A DNA stretch of 62,099 nt, counting the filler, from Streblomastix strix (lineage: Eukaryota), in the NCBI GenBank assembly GCA_008636045.1. It is 4 parts of 4 records of this genome, joined end to end, with 100 filler letters (N's around TTAATTAATTAA, not from the genome) between each part and the next. Parts side by side here need not be neighbours in the genome. Positions count along the whole stretch, not along the records: positions 15,555 to 31,007 come from SNRW01000982.1; positions 31,108 to 46,558 come from SNRW01000983.1; 2 more parts are not named here. One strand, written 5' to 3'. Every line of letters starts with the position of its first letter. The stretch's first letter is position 1. Positions 23,710 to 36,204 of the stretch are shown one piece after another. Both the position numbers and the translations under genes were made by a program. The notes under the pieces are model-generated. The model made no database searches. It saw nothing but the letters and a program-made list of their open reading frames with translations, and had not been told where the DNA came from.

Positions 23710-25415
23710 CCCTTTAGCTTAACAACAAAATTTAGACAAAGTCTACAATCTACGATATTGCTCATAAGAAATAAACAACGAAGTTGTCAGCTTTGTCAAA
23801 CAAAGTAACTCTCACTAATATAATAATTAACAAACTTATCTGCTTTTAATTCTGATGATATATCAATATGCAAGCGAACGGGATTATCTGTGTCACCGAC
23901 TGTGAGGTAAGTAGAAAGAATGTCATAAATGGAATCAGTTTTAAAATCTTGTAAAATCTTAACTGGAAATAACAATGTTCTTTTTTGATATATTGACTCA
24001 CTCATACTTAGTATATATCGTTTAGTTTTTATAAACCCTTTCTATCTAAAATGCATATTGAACTTGACCAATTTATTAATTGAATTATCAGTTATATAAA
24101 TCTTAAATGCATCTATGTCATATGGAATATAGGTTAATGCAAGTAATTAATCCCTCGACACTTCTGGTACGGTATATTATGGAAAAACTGATAGTGGAAT
24201 TGAAACTGAAAGAAGGGTATCATGTTACATAATTACACTATCTATATAATATATTGGTTCTCCATTTGATGATATGTTATTCTAATTTTATTCTTATGGT
24301 TATGTATCAATTAAATAGTTTCTAATAAAATCACATAAATCCATAGGATAGAATCCAAGTCTCTAATTCACAACAACATCTAGAGTGTCAATTCCATTAA
24401 TCTATATCATGCCAGCGAATAAAGTAAGAGAAGTCTTTATTGGAAATAATTTTGATAATCTAAGTTATAGATCTGAATCGATTGATTAAATTACTTTAAA
24501 CATATTATTAATATGTTAACTATTAACTTCTGCTTAAAAATTAAATGTACATATTGGCCCTTCTTTAACGAAATATGCAGCTCTTATCGGTTCAAATGAA
24601 TTATTATTCACTATATTAGTATAGTTATTTAAGAAGTTAGTTTATGAAACAGGAATTCTTGGATTATAAAGTTGAACTCCATTACCAATCATTTCTGTTT
24701 ATTTTTAAACTGTATTTTTATTCCCACGACATTGATTTCATTCCTTCAATAATAGAATTGACATGCCAGTTGTCTTCAATATTAAACTTTCCATCCCCAT
24801 TTACATCACTAGTTGCTCTCTTTAATGGTTCATAATCTGAATAATAAACTCCAACAATAGCTGTATGAATACTTCCTTTAATCGATATGATTTAATCAAC
24901 GTTCTCAATTAATGACCTTATATAAATTCCATTTTCTTTATAATAATCCTTTATATTTTGTTAATGACTCCCATCTTCTCTTAACACTAATGCATGTTTG
25001 CTAAAGAACCACAATTCTTCGGGAAAGTAGTGAACACAAATCCCATGAAATCTTCTCTAAGATACAGTCTAATGTGATAAATTGTCTTATTTCTTAAATT
25101 ATAGAATTTAATTCCCCCATCGTTGATATAATATGGAAATAAGGGTAATGTTAGATTTATTAATAGAATTGTTACTATCTCTGCTGCAATTGGTATGAGA
25201 GGTATTATTGGTTCTGGAAGTGTTTGTCGTACAATTAATTTATCAACTTTATCTTTCAGCTGATACTGTAGATATTATGGTACAAAAATGATTTGATTAG
25301 CAATTTCATCAATAACTGGTTTTGGTTTACGCTCATAAATATTAGTATATAATTCTGGGAATTCAAATAAGCCAAGTGCATTCATTAGCGCTTCGTCAAT
25401 GTAAACACTTCTCAT
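23710..25415 (-). pseudogene. Beta-rich viral protein, candidate minor capsid/penton
   Basis: ~560-codon code-6 stretch (MRSVYIDEALMNALGLFEFPELY...) between fibre and MCP; function inferred from position only. Confidence 0.4.
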
Positions 25416-25454
25416 TTTTTAGTCGAAAAATAAACAACTTCGTTGATTTAATCC

Positions 25455-28111
25455 GATGAATTAATATGAACAGATTTACTATCAAAGAATCCAACTAAAT
25501 TAAATCCTAATTACATCATTAAAACCACATACTTCTGTTGAGTCGGTAGATATTCAAATATCTATATATGATAATGTACCTATTAATATCTTTCGCTTTG
25601 TTGACAACGAAATAGGATTTACTGAGCTTGGAGGTGCTAGAGGAGTAATGTTATTACTTATGCTTCCAATAATGCAAACCAAAGTTTGTGTAGAAGTATA
25701 GATTTAAGTTTTTGGTTGAAAATCTGTCATTAATTGAAAAAATTACCATTTGAGCTAGTTTTAAATAATTAAACTAAATGTTTGAATTTAAACTAACAGT
25801 TAAATTTGTTATGTATTCCACTTATACTGCATCTAATGAAGATAATGGTTTCGTTGTTATACCAGCTAGAAGAACTGATGTGTTATCTTTACCAGTTTTA
25901 ATAAATCAATTTGCAGTAACATTATCATAAAATGATTTAGTTCCTATAATTTATTATTCACCCCACATAACAACATATTTACTTTCTACATAGCCTCGAG
26001 TAATGTAATCTTCTTCTTTTTTAGAAACATCATCAGGTTCTCTGCCTTTTCGTAAATGCCTTTCAGTCATTTATTAGTTTTTTCCTTATGTTTGAACAAA
26101 CCCATCTTATGCTTCCACTTTTGCGATTTATTAATATGTTTATATATTTTCTAATGAATCTTCACTATCAACTCTCACAAATTTTCTATCAATAGATTGT
26201 TATTCTTCACTTTATTTCTTCACATAACTAGAATCATCAACACTTCCATTTCCGAATTCAGATACTGATTTAGTACCACATACTCCAAGTAATATAACAG
26301 TATTATCGGCTCCAGACTTGATAAATGATGACCCTATTACCATTGACATTCCTTCAATTGAACCTACGAATCAGCAGCTATTATTAAAGTCTTATTTGAT
26401 GTTATTGTCTATGAAGTATATAGTGAAAAATAACTATCGAGATCAGTTGTATCTGATTTTTCATCTAAAAATTCAACTATTTTTGTTTTTTACAATAATT
26501 AATAAAATCTTCATCACCTCCATCAATTTATCATATTAATTAATCAGTTTCTGTTTTGGAATAGACTTCGTCTCTGGCATAAGTTTCACTTTTGCTATAT
26601 GTTGTTGATTAATTTGCTTTGTAGTTTAACAGATTATTTGTTTCAGTTTTTGTAAAGACTTCGTCTTTGGCATAAGTTTCACTTCTGCTACAAGATTCAA
26701 TCAATTATGTCTTATCAGCTTTCAATAGTAGGAGTTCATCATCTTCACTTTTTGTATATGAAACTTCTACATCTGACATATTAATTATCAGATTATTTGT
26801 TTCAGTTTAAGAATATATCTATGCTTTATTGTAACAATTACTCAAACCAACACTTGCGTTAATATCAGATATTGCTTTAACTCCACCACCAGCAAGAAAT
26901 ACAGTGTTGTTATTGTATTCTGAGTATTGAATACCATTAAAAATAATAGTACTTGTAAAGGTTTTCATTCCAGTAATAGATTGATCAAATCCTGTAGTAA
27001 CAAACGTAATACTTTTAACAGGTGTCAATGTGTTTCCATCAATTGATAAATCAGTTATTGCGTTACAGCTTCCAGTAGTTGCACCTAGAGTTGTTATAAC
27101 ATTACTCCTATCAAGTAATTCAGTTTCTAGTACTTTTAAGTCAGTTCCATCCCACCAATAGTCAGTAACTTCTTTAACAACAATATATAAGTTATCTCTT
27201 ACCACTAGTTCTGCAACGTTGTTTTGAATAGCCATCCAATCATTCAACTCTTTTTATGTTAAGAATACATACGCTTTCGATTTACTAGTTGCAATATCTC
27301 TAATTTATTATAATTATGGTTGTGTTAGTAAAAAACTCACTAACATATCACCACCTCCAGGCAGTAATATGAAAGCGTCATTTTTATTTAATTAAAATAT
27401 GCTTGAAACATTAATTATTCCAAATTTTTTTTATCAATTAGTTGTTTGAACTGAAGCTAAATCAACATAATTAGTCAAATCAGTTTTATCCGCATTCAAC
27501 AACAGTAAAGCATCATATTCAGATTTGGTATAGATTTCTTCTCTGGCATAAGTTTCACTTTAGATATATACAACAATTAGTTCAGTTTTATCAGCTTTCA
27601 ACAATTAGAATAAGTCATTTTCTGACATTAAAGAACTGTAAACCATATCGGCGACATTGACTTTAATGTTTAATTTTTCATCACTTTCTGTCTTATGGTA
27701 AGAATCGATTAATTCAGATTTTTCAGCCTTTTCTTCCAATATTTCATCAGTTTTAGTTTAGGTGTACGAATCGATTAGTTAAGATTTATAAACTTTCATT
27801 TCATATTTTTCATCAGTTTCAGTTATTTTGGACGAATCGAATTGTTCGGATTTATCAGCTTTCAATAATAGAAGTGCATCAGTTTCTGTCTTTATAAACG
27901 TATTTGATTTGTTGACTTTTGTTTTAAATATTTCATAAACTTCGGTCTTAATGTATGCATCAGATATAGTTGTGTTTTGTAAAATATTAATTTGTTAATT
28001 AATATTTTGAACTTTTTCTACTATGCCAACTTTATTATATCTACTATTACCAAATAATGTTTCATCATGAATTTAAATAACATCCATTACATGTGCATCA
28101 TTTTGTGACAT
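25455..28111 (-). pseudogene. Long fibre protein with phage-tail-like YTKxETDxLLxxKADK repeats
   Basis: Repeats KTETDALLLLKADKSE / SYHKTESDEKL / YTKSEYDALLLLNADK; LYIVVKEVTDYWWDGTDLKVLET; FVTTGFDQSITGMKTF..VFLAGGG. Confidence 0.7.
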
Positions 28112-28929
28112 TTATTCAAAAAATAAACAAATTGAATTACATTTTAAATTTTATTTAGAACTGCTAATAATCCTTTCGATACTGATTACAGCACTCTTGA
28201 TGTTATCTCACATAAGTATAAAATAGATGTTATTTTCTTATTTTCTATAAACATTAATTATAATTATTTCTTAACAGATTAATTTTATTCTCATCTAATA
28301 GGTTGAATATTTACATTTCCAATATGGATCTCTGTTAATGTAATAGTATCATCATTCATGAATTTAGTGCGGCATGTTCTAACATCTTCATTCAGTTACA
28401 TTTATTATTCATTAATATCAAATTTATATACAAAAATTCGAATCGGTTAAGGTTCAGATAAAATGAAATGAGCTGATTCTTTTATCACATGGTCATCTTC
28501 ACTAGTTATATCCAATAACCGTTTATTCACTGATAAATCAACCATTAACACATCTTCAAATATTGAGCTTCTTCACCTGCTGAATTGTTATGGAGAGTCA
28601 ATAGATGTTTATTAATTTTTTTCAAATGGTAAACCTATTTCTACTATAGTACTTACTCTTGGTGGCAAATTCTTTTCAATAATACAAAAAATAACAACAT
28701 TGTTGTTGGCTTTCAGCTAATATATCAATTCCTTAAATAAACATAGAAATGTACATTTCAGTGTGATTTTTTTAATGATTATCTCTTTCTCCACTTTTTG
28801 CAAGTTCATTTATTATTTCAAATGCACTGGCTATTAAGAATAAATTAGCTGTTTCAATTAATATTACAATTATTAATAACGTGCTAACTATAATTTCGGA
28901 TATCATTTTCAATTAGATAAAAAATAAAT

Positions 28930-29520
28930 TTAGTCAATTATTTTTCGGTATAATCTTTTATTCTATGTTAGCTTATAGTAATTCTAACATAAAACCCATA
29001 TCATCTTCTTTAAAATTATGATCAGATAATAATTTCGTTAACTATTTTTGCATTGTGTTATTTCTACCGTAAATCTAATCTTTCTTTTATGCATATCTTC
29101 TCTTTGTTGCTAACTAATGTCTACGTATTGTTTCTTTTCTATCTCTATCATTGATGTTTTTCTTCGGTCTTCCAACTGATCTCTTTTCAATTTATTACTC
29201 ATACTCTTCCCTCACAGATTCATTGATTCAAGTTTCCATTAATTTTTCCATTTCATTAAAATTAAAAAATTATATTCTCAATTTAAAACTAAAGTATTAT
29301 TTATATTCATTATCTAATTCACCTATATTTTATGCCACTAATTTTGTAAAGAGTATTGATAATACTACTGTTTATAAATCGCAATATGGATTCAATAACT
29401 CAACTATAGCATTACCATTGGCATTTTCAATAAACACACATACATTTTTGAAATTCCGTAATATTTAATCAAATTAATGTTTTGTTTTTAATGTATCAAT
29501 GAGTAATAGTAAAATATTTC
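28930..29520 (-). pseudogene. Viral AT-hook-containing protein
   Basis: ...EKRSVGRPKKNINDRDRKETIRRHQLATKRRY (GRP AT-hook core). Confidence 0.5.
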
Positions 29521-30400
29521 ATTTTTGAAATTATTTTAGACCGTATTATTTTTATAATCTTAATGTATCATTTAATTATTATTATTAGTGATAGATGTAT
29601 TAACATTCTATTCGCTTATCATTTTAAACTTATATTGGACTATACTTATTTTAATAAGCAATATGTGGAGTGTGATTATATAAATCAACAGTTTATTACA
29701 TTAATTATTCATAAACCAGTTCATAAATGTTATTCCCAAACACATTTCTTACTGTTTGAATTACCGCATCAATTAATTTATTATGATTAGTGAATTTACT
29801 ATTTGTGAAAAATGTATTTATCTTGTTTTATCTATAGAAATCATTTAGTAATTTCGATGAATAAGATTTCTCAACATCAACTTTAAAATCATCAATCGGA
29901 ACCAGTTTTATCAACTATATCAATCCTTCAAGTATTAGAATTTAAGATTTAGATTTCACTGGAATCACTACAAAATTTTTAATATTTATATTAGTAGCGA
30001 ATAGATATTATTTTATTTTAACTTTCTTTTTTATTATGAACACTTAATCTATTTTCCAAGAATTGTAGTAGAGAGAGAAGTATAATCTTTCAAATTTCGT
30101 TAGTGGCTTGAGTTAATAGTCATGAGGCTTTAGGGAATTAGTTTAAGGATAGATATCAAATTAGTTTTAGTTTAATGAGATGATATATCATAATAATTAG
30201 TTTTACAGATAACATCAAACTTAGATTTAAAATGGAATTGATTTTGTTATATTATTTCTTAATAAAATTATTCTTTCCTAGATTATTAATTTAATTTCTT
30301 TGGTATGTTATCCAATGCATAAATTTTCTTAGGATATTTCTTAAAATATTATAATATATATTAATCATACCTTTAGCTAAGAGATTAGTCAACAAAGTTA
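29520..30400 (-). pseudogene. Retroviral-like (rve/DDE) integrase of Polinton type, degraded
   Basis: RLYFSLYYNSWKID..YLFATNINIKNFVVIPVKSKS..FKVDVEKSYSSKLLNDFY..NHNKLIDAVIQTVR..VDLYNHTPH..YSP; 5' boundary approximate. Confidence 0.75.
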
Positions 30401-31007
30401 ATAGTTTATGCTATTTAATCTAATACTTTGAACTGTTTTTAATTGAACTTATGATTCAGAAAACTGGTATAAAATGATTGTTTTGTATTAATATTTTCTT
30501 ATTAAAGCATTGCATTTATTTTTGTGTTTGGATTTATATCATTATCTAAATTGAATTACTCCTATTCAGTAACTATATTCATTACCTACTATTTTAATTT
30601 ATTAAGTTCACTAACAGAAGTAATTGACTAACTTAGTTTTTTAGCTTTTGGTTTCAAAGGATAAATAGTCGGAGTACTGAATAGTGGTTAATTAATTTTT
30701 ATTGGTTAGTAGACTCAAATTTATGGTAAAATTGATTAGGAAGTTGATTCTCTATAAGGCTATTGATTAATTTTATCATATCTTGCTAAAGCAATTTATT
30801 AATCATGTTCCTCCAGTGCAATGATAAACTTATAGAAATCTGGATTTTCATCCTCAATCCAACTCTTATATTTATCCCACAATTTACTATAACAATCATT
30901 TGTTAAGTAAGTTGTATAATAATGCCCAATTTCAAGAACTCTTTTATCTGAATCATTATTTAATAATTTCTTCGAATACACCTTTGATAATTTAATATTA
31001 CCTGTAT

Positions 31008-31107
31008 NNNNNNNNNNNNNNNNNNNNNNNNNNNNNNNNNNNNNNNNNNNNTTAATTAATTAANNNNNNNNNNNNNNNNNNNNNNNNNNNNNNNNNNNNN
31101 NNNNNNN
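31008..31107. other. Artificial contig linker
   Basis: N44-TTAATTAATTAA-N44. Confidence 0.98.
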
Positions 31108-31199
31108 CAAATTATTGTACATATCCATATATTGCATAGGTACTTTTCTACCAAAATTATCATATAATGTAAACACTAACGTTTTGTTCTATCCTACAA

Positions 31200-31503
31200 G
31201 GCATTAGCTCCTAAAAATTATATGATTGCAACTAATTACAATGAAAATTCAAAAATAAAATTAAAAGGAGTTAATTAGAAAACTAACAAGATCACTAAAG
31301 CATAGATAATCGATTGCATTAATGAAGAAAAAATAACGAAATGTACAAACATGAGGTTTGGCTAGAAAAATAATTAGATGAGTCAATTAGCTATAGAGAA
31401 GAATGAAATCACTGGTATACACACGAAAATGCTTGAGCTAGAGAATCAATCATGCTGCCCGTTTATTTTCTAATTAATTGCGACTAATTACTCGTTCAAT
31501 TGA
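31200..31503 (+). pseudogene. pPolB C-terminal fragment
   Basis: ALAPKNYMIATNYNENSKIKLKGVNQKTNKIT...QSCCPFIF. Confidence 0.8.
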
Positions 31504-31507
31504 AGAA

Positions 31508-32551
31508 TCATTTATTTTTGAGAATCTCAAATTTTCCTAACCATTTATTTAATATGACGTACTCATATTACTTTAATGTATCATACAAAAATTGGAATTA
31601 ATCAAAATCTAAATTTTATATGGTAATTTCATCGTACACTTGTCTTAGATCACTCTCACCGATGTTTATGCCTAAGCGAATCATATGGGTTAATATCCTA
31701 GCTGTCTTAAACAAATAAGTTGGACGTTAAGCTATAAAGAAAATAATGTTTTTACTATGCCTTGAATCACTAACGAGATGAGTAATTGTTTTGGATAATT
31801 ATGAACTTAATCGTTATATATCAACATTAGATCCAATATCATCGAATAATATTAATGTGTCTAGTAATTATGCTTTTTCTAATATAGATATTTTTTTTAT
31901 TTTAATGTCTGCATTTTATGCGTCATTAGCAGAGCTCCAATCTTCGATTGCAATAATTTTGTATTTCTTTTAGTAACTAACGTTTTGAATTAATGCAGGA
32001 ATATCGAATCTCAAAATCATGGTTAGTTAGCTATATGTATTAATGGTTTCAATTACTTTTTATTTGAATAGTTCAGCAATTCTATTAAGATAATAATTAG
32101 GTTTTTCATTCTTTTTTATCTCATTATTTTATAATATTTACTCTTCCATTCGCTAAACGAAATCACTAGTATAGGATTATTTTTATTCATTCATTTTGTA
32201 TCATGTATACATCTCTTTAGTCGAATATTTTATCTCATCAAATTCAGGTAGAAATATCATTGCTTCTCCATAAGTCACATTCGGTAATTATATGTTCTTA
32301 CTATTTAGGTTTAATGCCACAGTTTCATCTGCACCATAATTCGGGAAGTGTAATAAGAATGGATCGATAATTTTTTTATTTATCACAATTAGCTTACACA
32401 TTCATGTTGTTTTGCCATTTCCAACAGCACCAACAATATTATGATTTCCATTAATCAGGAACAATGAATTCTTCGTTAATGGCTTAGTTTTATATTCGTT
32501 CTATAGATCTTGATTCGTAAGTGTTATATCTTTTAATTCTTATAGTGTCAT
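31508..32551 (-). pseudogene. A32-like packaging ATPase (premature TGA after Walker A)
   Basis: IVGAVGNGKTT*, LILFDDIGS, SRHSKNIIFFIAQRP; ortholog of 4398-5416. Confidence 0.85.
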
Positions 32552-32567
32552 TTTCAAAAATAATAAA

Positions 32568-33664
32568 ATTAATATACTTAGTTTGATACGTGGAATATTG
32601 GATTACATATTCTATGGCGTTAATTTTATAACATCAATCATATCTGTATCCATACCAGATAAATTGATCGCCACCGTTAATATTGTAAAAACATTATGGA
32701 GTTGTTTTGATATAGTATTGGTTACATTAGATATAACGATTTACATCATACAATTCTTTTACAAAAGAAAAATGGACAAAAATTATCCAAGAATAGCATC
32801 TTCAATGCCAACAACAAAGTTGTTACACTTGTCGTAACTATCAGTCGAATAAATCGAAATGTTTCTGAACGAAGCAATAGCTAATAAAGATTTGGAATTA
32901 ACTACTCATTGGAGATATATCCGTTATCTTTAAATGTTAAATAATTCCACTAAATAAATTGGTTGATGTTAATGAAATGGAATAATTATATAGTTAAGTT
33001 AGAAGCATTGGTGAAAAGTATAATCCATCTGAATATGAGAATTTCAAAATATTTGAAGCATTAATCGAAATAAATGATCTATTAATTGAAGAAAAATAAT
33101 TGTATGATCAATTAAAATTACATTTTTGTTTCTTAGAACCAGCCGCAGGCGGAGTCTACGACGTGTAAGATAAAATTGAAGAGATAATTAAATATATCTA
33201 ATTTATAAACAATCTTATTATTTTAAATTAAGTTGATAATAATTGAAGAAGTTACTATATTACTCATCGTTCACAAATTAATTGTAAATCTATTTTTCTT
33301 CATCGCTAGCTTCAGAGATAATATACTTCTTTATTTGATAAGGTTAATTATTTTGATCTAATGATTTTTTGATTAATAGATATTTATTTTTGAAGTTTTT
33401 ATCTTATTCATTAAATAACTTATTTTTATAATCCTCTTCATCTACCATCTTCTTTATATTTTATAATTATTGCTATTGATTAGTGAATATTTTATTGATT
33501 CTCATTAATTCTTAGAGTAATGGATTTATTGATTCTTTTGCATCATTCTTTAACAAATTTTATAATGCTTCAATTGTAACTTTAATTGTATCATAATCAT
33601 TAAAGTGAGATTTGACTAATTCATTGAACAATTGTTTGATCGGTTATGATTACTGTTTTTCCAT
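32568..33664. other. Three small viral genes orthologous to 5433-6478 (two on +, one on -)
   Basis: Direct nucleotide similarity to copy A. Confidence 0.7.
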
Positions 33665-33685
33665 TTAATTTCAAAAATAAATTAA

Positions 33686-35902
33686 TCATAGTGTTAGACC
33701 ATTGAATGTTAACGTATTTCCATCAGCGGATATCATTAATCCTTAATTATCCTGACCAAATTATACATTAACTCCAATCCTTAACTCACCAGTAGGTGTA
33801 TTTACTATACTCCATTAATCTGCTAAAAGTCCATCAGTTGAATTTGGATTATACCCTAGATAAATTCCATTATAATTACTGACGGTAGAACATGATATTC
33901 TTATTCCTTCATTATAACTATCGCTGGTTGATTATATTTAAAATACACCATTAAATGATTTTCTACCTGTAATTATTTAATCATTAGCAATACTAACATA
34001 ATTATCATTTATCTCTTTTCTTGTTAAATAATCACCAGCAATCGATTCTTCATCATTATTTTTTTTCCTAATTGTTCTTTCATTTATTTATAATTCTTAT
34101 CCTGTCTTTTACACAGCATTAGATACTCCTGCAGATATGTCAACATTATTAAATTTTAATTATGTTCAATCTCCATTAATACTTAGCCCAACACAATGAT
34201 CATCTTATCGTAAAGATAATGGGTTTATTGTCAATGCCCTATCACTTGTCTTTCTTATTTCTCATTAACCTGTTTGTGTAGTATTTATAGCTGTAGTTGA
34301 ACAACCTAAATATAGTGATGAGTATTCGGTGTTATAGTTTTCAATACGAATGCGATAATTAAATGTAGTATATGTTCGACCTATTGGATTAACTTATAGC
34401 ATATTATTTATTATTCCACCATTAGCTAAATCATAAGTAATTGGAATTTATGTACCATTTGATACTCCTGAGACTACATCTTATGTTAATATCTCCGTGA
34501 TTCTTTTAGTATAATAACTGCTTTAATCAGATACAACTATCGTATCGTTACCTGCTGATTCTAATTTAACATATGCTGAATAAATTGCAGAAGTGCCTGA
34601 TCCTGAATGATTATGAAATAATTAATTAGCACCTTATTCTATTTCATAATATGAATTATCTTTAGTTGGAGCATTAAATATTTCATATACAGTACTGATT
34701 CCATTAACGGTAAAATAGGACACTAATCTAATGGTTTGAGCACCATTGTAAGATGAATATATTTTAAATTCAATGAATGGATTACCAACACTAGCTCCTG
34801 CAGTAAATACACATAATCTAATCCATCCATCTGCACTACCATTGTAAGTTCTTGATAATTTATTATCTATTGTAGTTGTATCTGCATTAGAACATAATAT
34901 TTCTGTAGCTTATCCACCAGTTTTAATAAATTTAATTGCTGTAACATTACCATCATAAGTCAATTGCTATGGATGAACATGATCATTTCTACAATAATAA
35001 TCACTAGTTACATTAGCTGCAGCAGTTGCATTTACTAACGGAACATTTGCAGTAGTTGGATCAATATTCAATGGATGTTAATGTGTGGCACTATAATGGA
35101 CATTAGCTGAGCCTACTGTTCCAGATCCAGTATCTTTTTCCGGAACACTATTACCTAAATTTACATGATGAGTATGATCTGATCTAGCATAAGTATTAGC
35201 AGTGCCTTCTTCACCAACAGCAGTATCTTTTGCAGGTAGAACAGTAGAAACTTATAGTGGATGTTAATGATCTCCTCTAGCATATTCTGTACTTACACCG
35301 ACATTACCTGATACAATTGACAATAACGGTGATGCATCACTTGCAGGCGTTACTTAATCAGGTACAATATCTCCACTATTATACCAATCTGCATCATACA
35401 TCCATACAGTACCACTTTCTGCACTAAAAAGCAAAATCACCATAAGCGGAGTTAGGTAAATTTTATATATCACTATTCAATAAATAATATCCTCGGAAAT
35501 GCGTTTATCGTGATAATTCTTAATAAATTGTATCAATATCATATTTATATCAGTGACATCTTATTCTGTTGTTCCAATTGATTGTTACAATAAATTCACT
35601 TAATTAATCAACTATTTAATCTATGCGACAAAATCAAAATTAATCACCTTCAAGTTCTTTTTCGTTAATAATCCCAGAGGATCTATTTTTAATGCGTAAT
35701 CTGATGCAATTCCATCTATGATTTAATTGTTAGCAACATAGACTAATGCATTGTTATTATCTATGGGTAATTGGTATTCAACATTTGATATCATTCCACC
35801 ACTTGATCCACCTCGTCTCTAATATTGAATATAGTAAGCAATATCGTTAATGATTAACTATCTAACTGTTTGGATTTATTGTTACGATAATGAGTTGTTC
35901 AT
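33686..35902 (-). pseudogene. Long fibre, copy C: four HxH repeats plus an extended, different C-terminal tip
   Basis: N-terminus shared with 6518-8159; YARGDHQHP, YARSDHTHH, ATHQHP, YCRNDHVHP, then ~400 aa of beta-rich sequence absent from copy A. Confidence 0.75.
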
Positions 35903-35928
35903 TTCTTCAAAAATAAATTGATCGAGTT

Positions 35929-36138
35929 TCATCCACGTTTATTGACTAATCGATCAAAATCACCTGCTAAATTAGCTAATGCACCTAATGTGCCACTAAT
36001 AGCAAGATGAATCATTCCAACTGGGCCAGATATAGTTGATAAAACTTTACGTAATGCTGGAGCTACCCCTTACGCTGCTTTCTTAACACAGCCTAAAATT
36101 TTTGATCAAAAATTCGCTATTCCAGAGAAGAATCCCAT
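35929..36138 (-). pseudogene. pVI-like amphipathic peptide, copy C (GGA>TGA at codon 11)
   Basis: Ortholog of 8180-8389, same 210-bp length. Confidence 0.7.
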
Positions 36139-36204
36139 TTTGATTTAATATAAATTTTATTATCATTATCGTCATTGGCGTACAGCTATTTTTGTTTTAT
36201 TGAA

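Larger units (their letters stand above)
18400..31007. mobile_element. Endogenous Polinton/Maverick-like virus, lineage B (degraded; ends not resolved)
   Basis: Compact intronless gene array with packaging ATPase, MCP, fibre and rve integrase. Confidence 0.85.

Noticed and set aside
30400..31503. Apparent continuity of lineage B (integrase) with copy C (pPolB) as one complete Polinton
   Set aside because: Separated by a linker, and each part has its own MCP and ATPase
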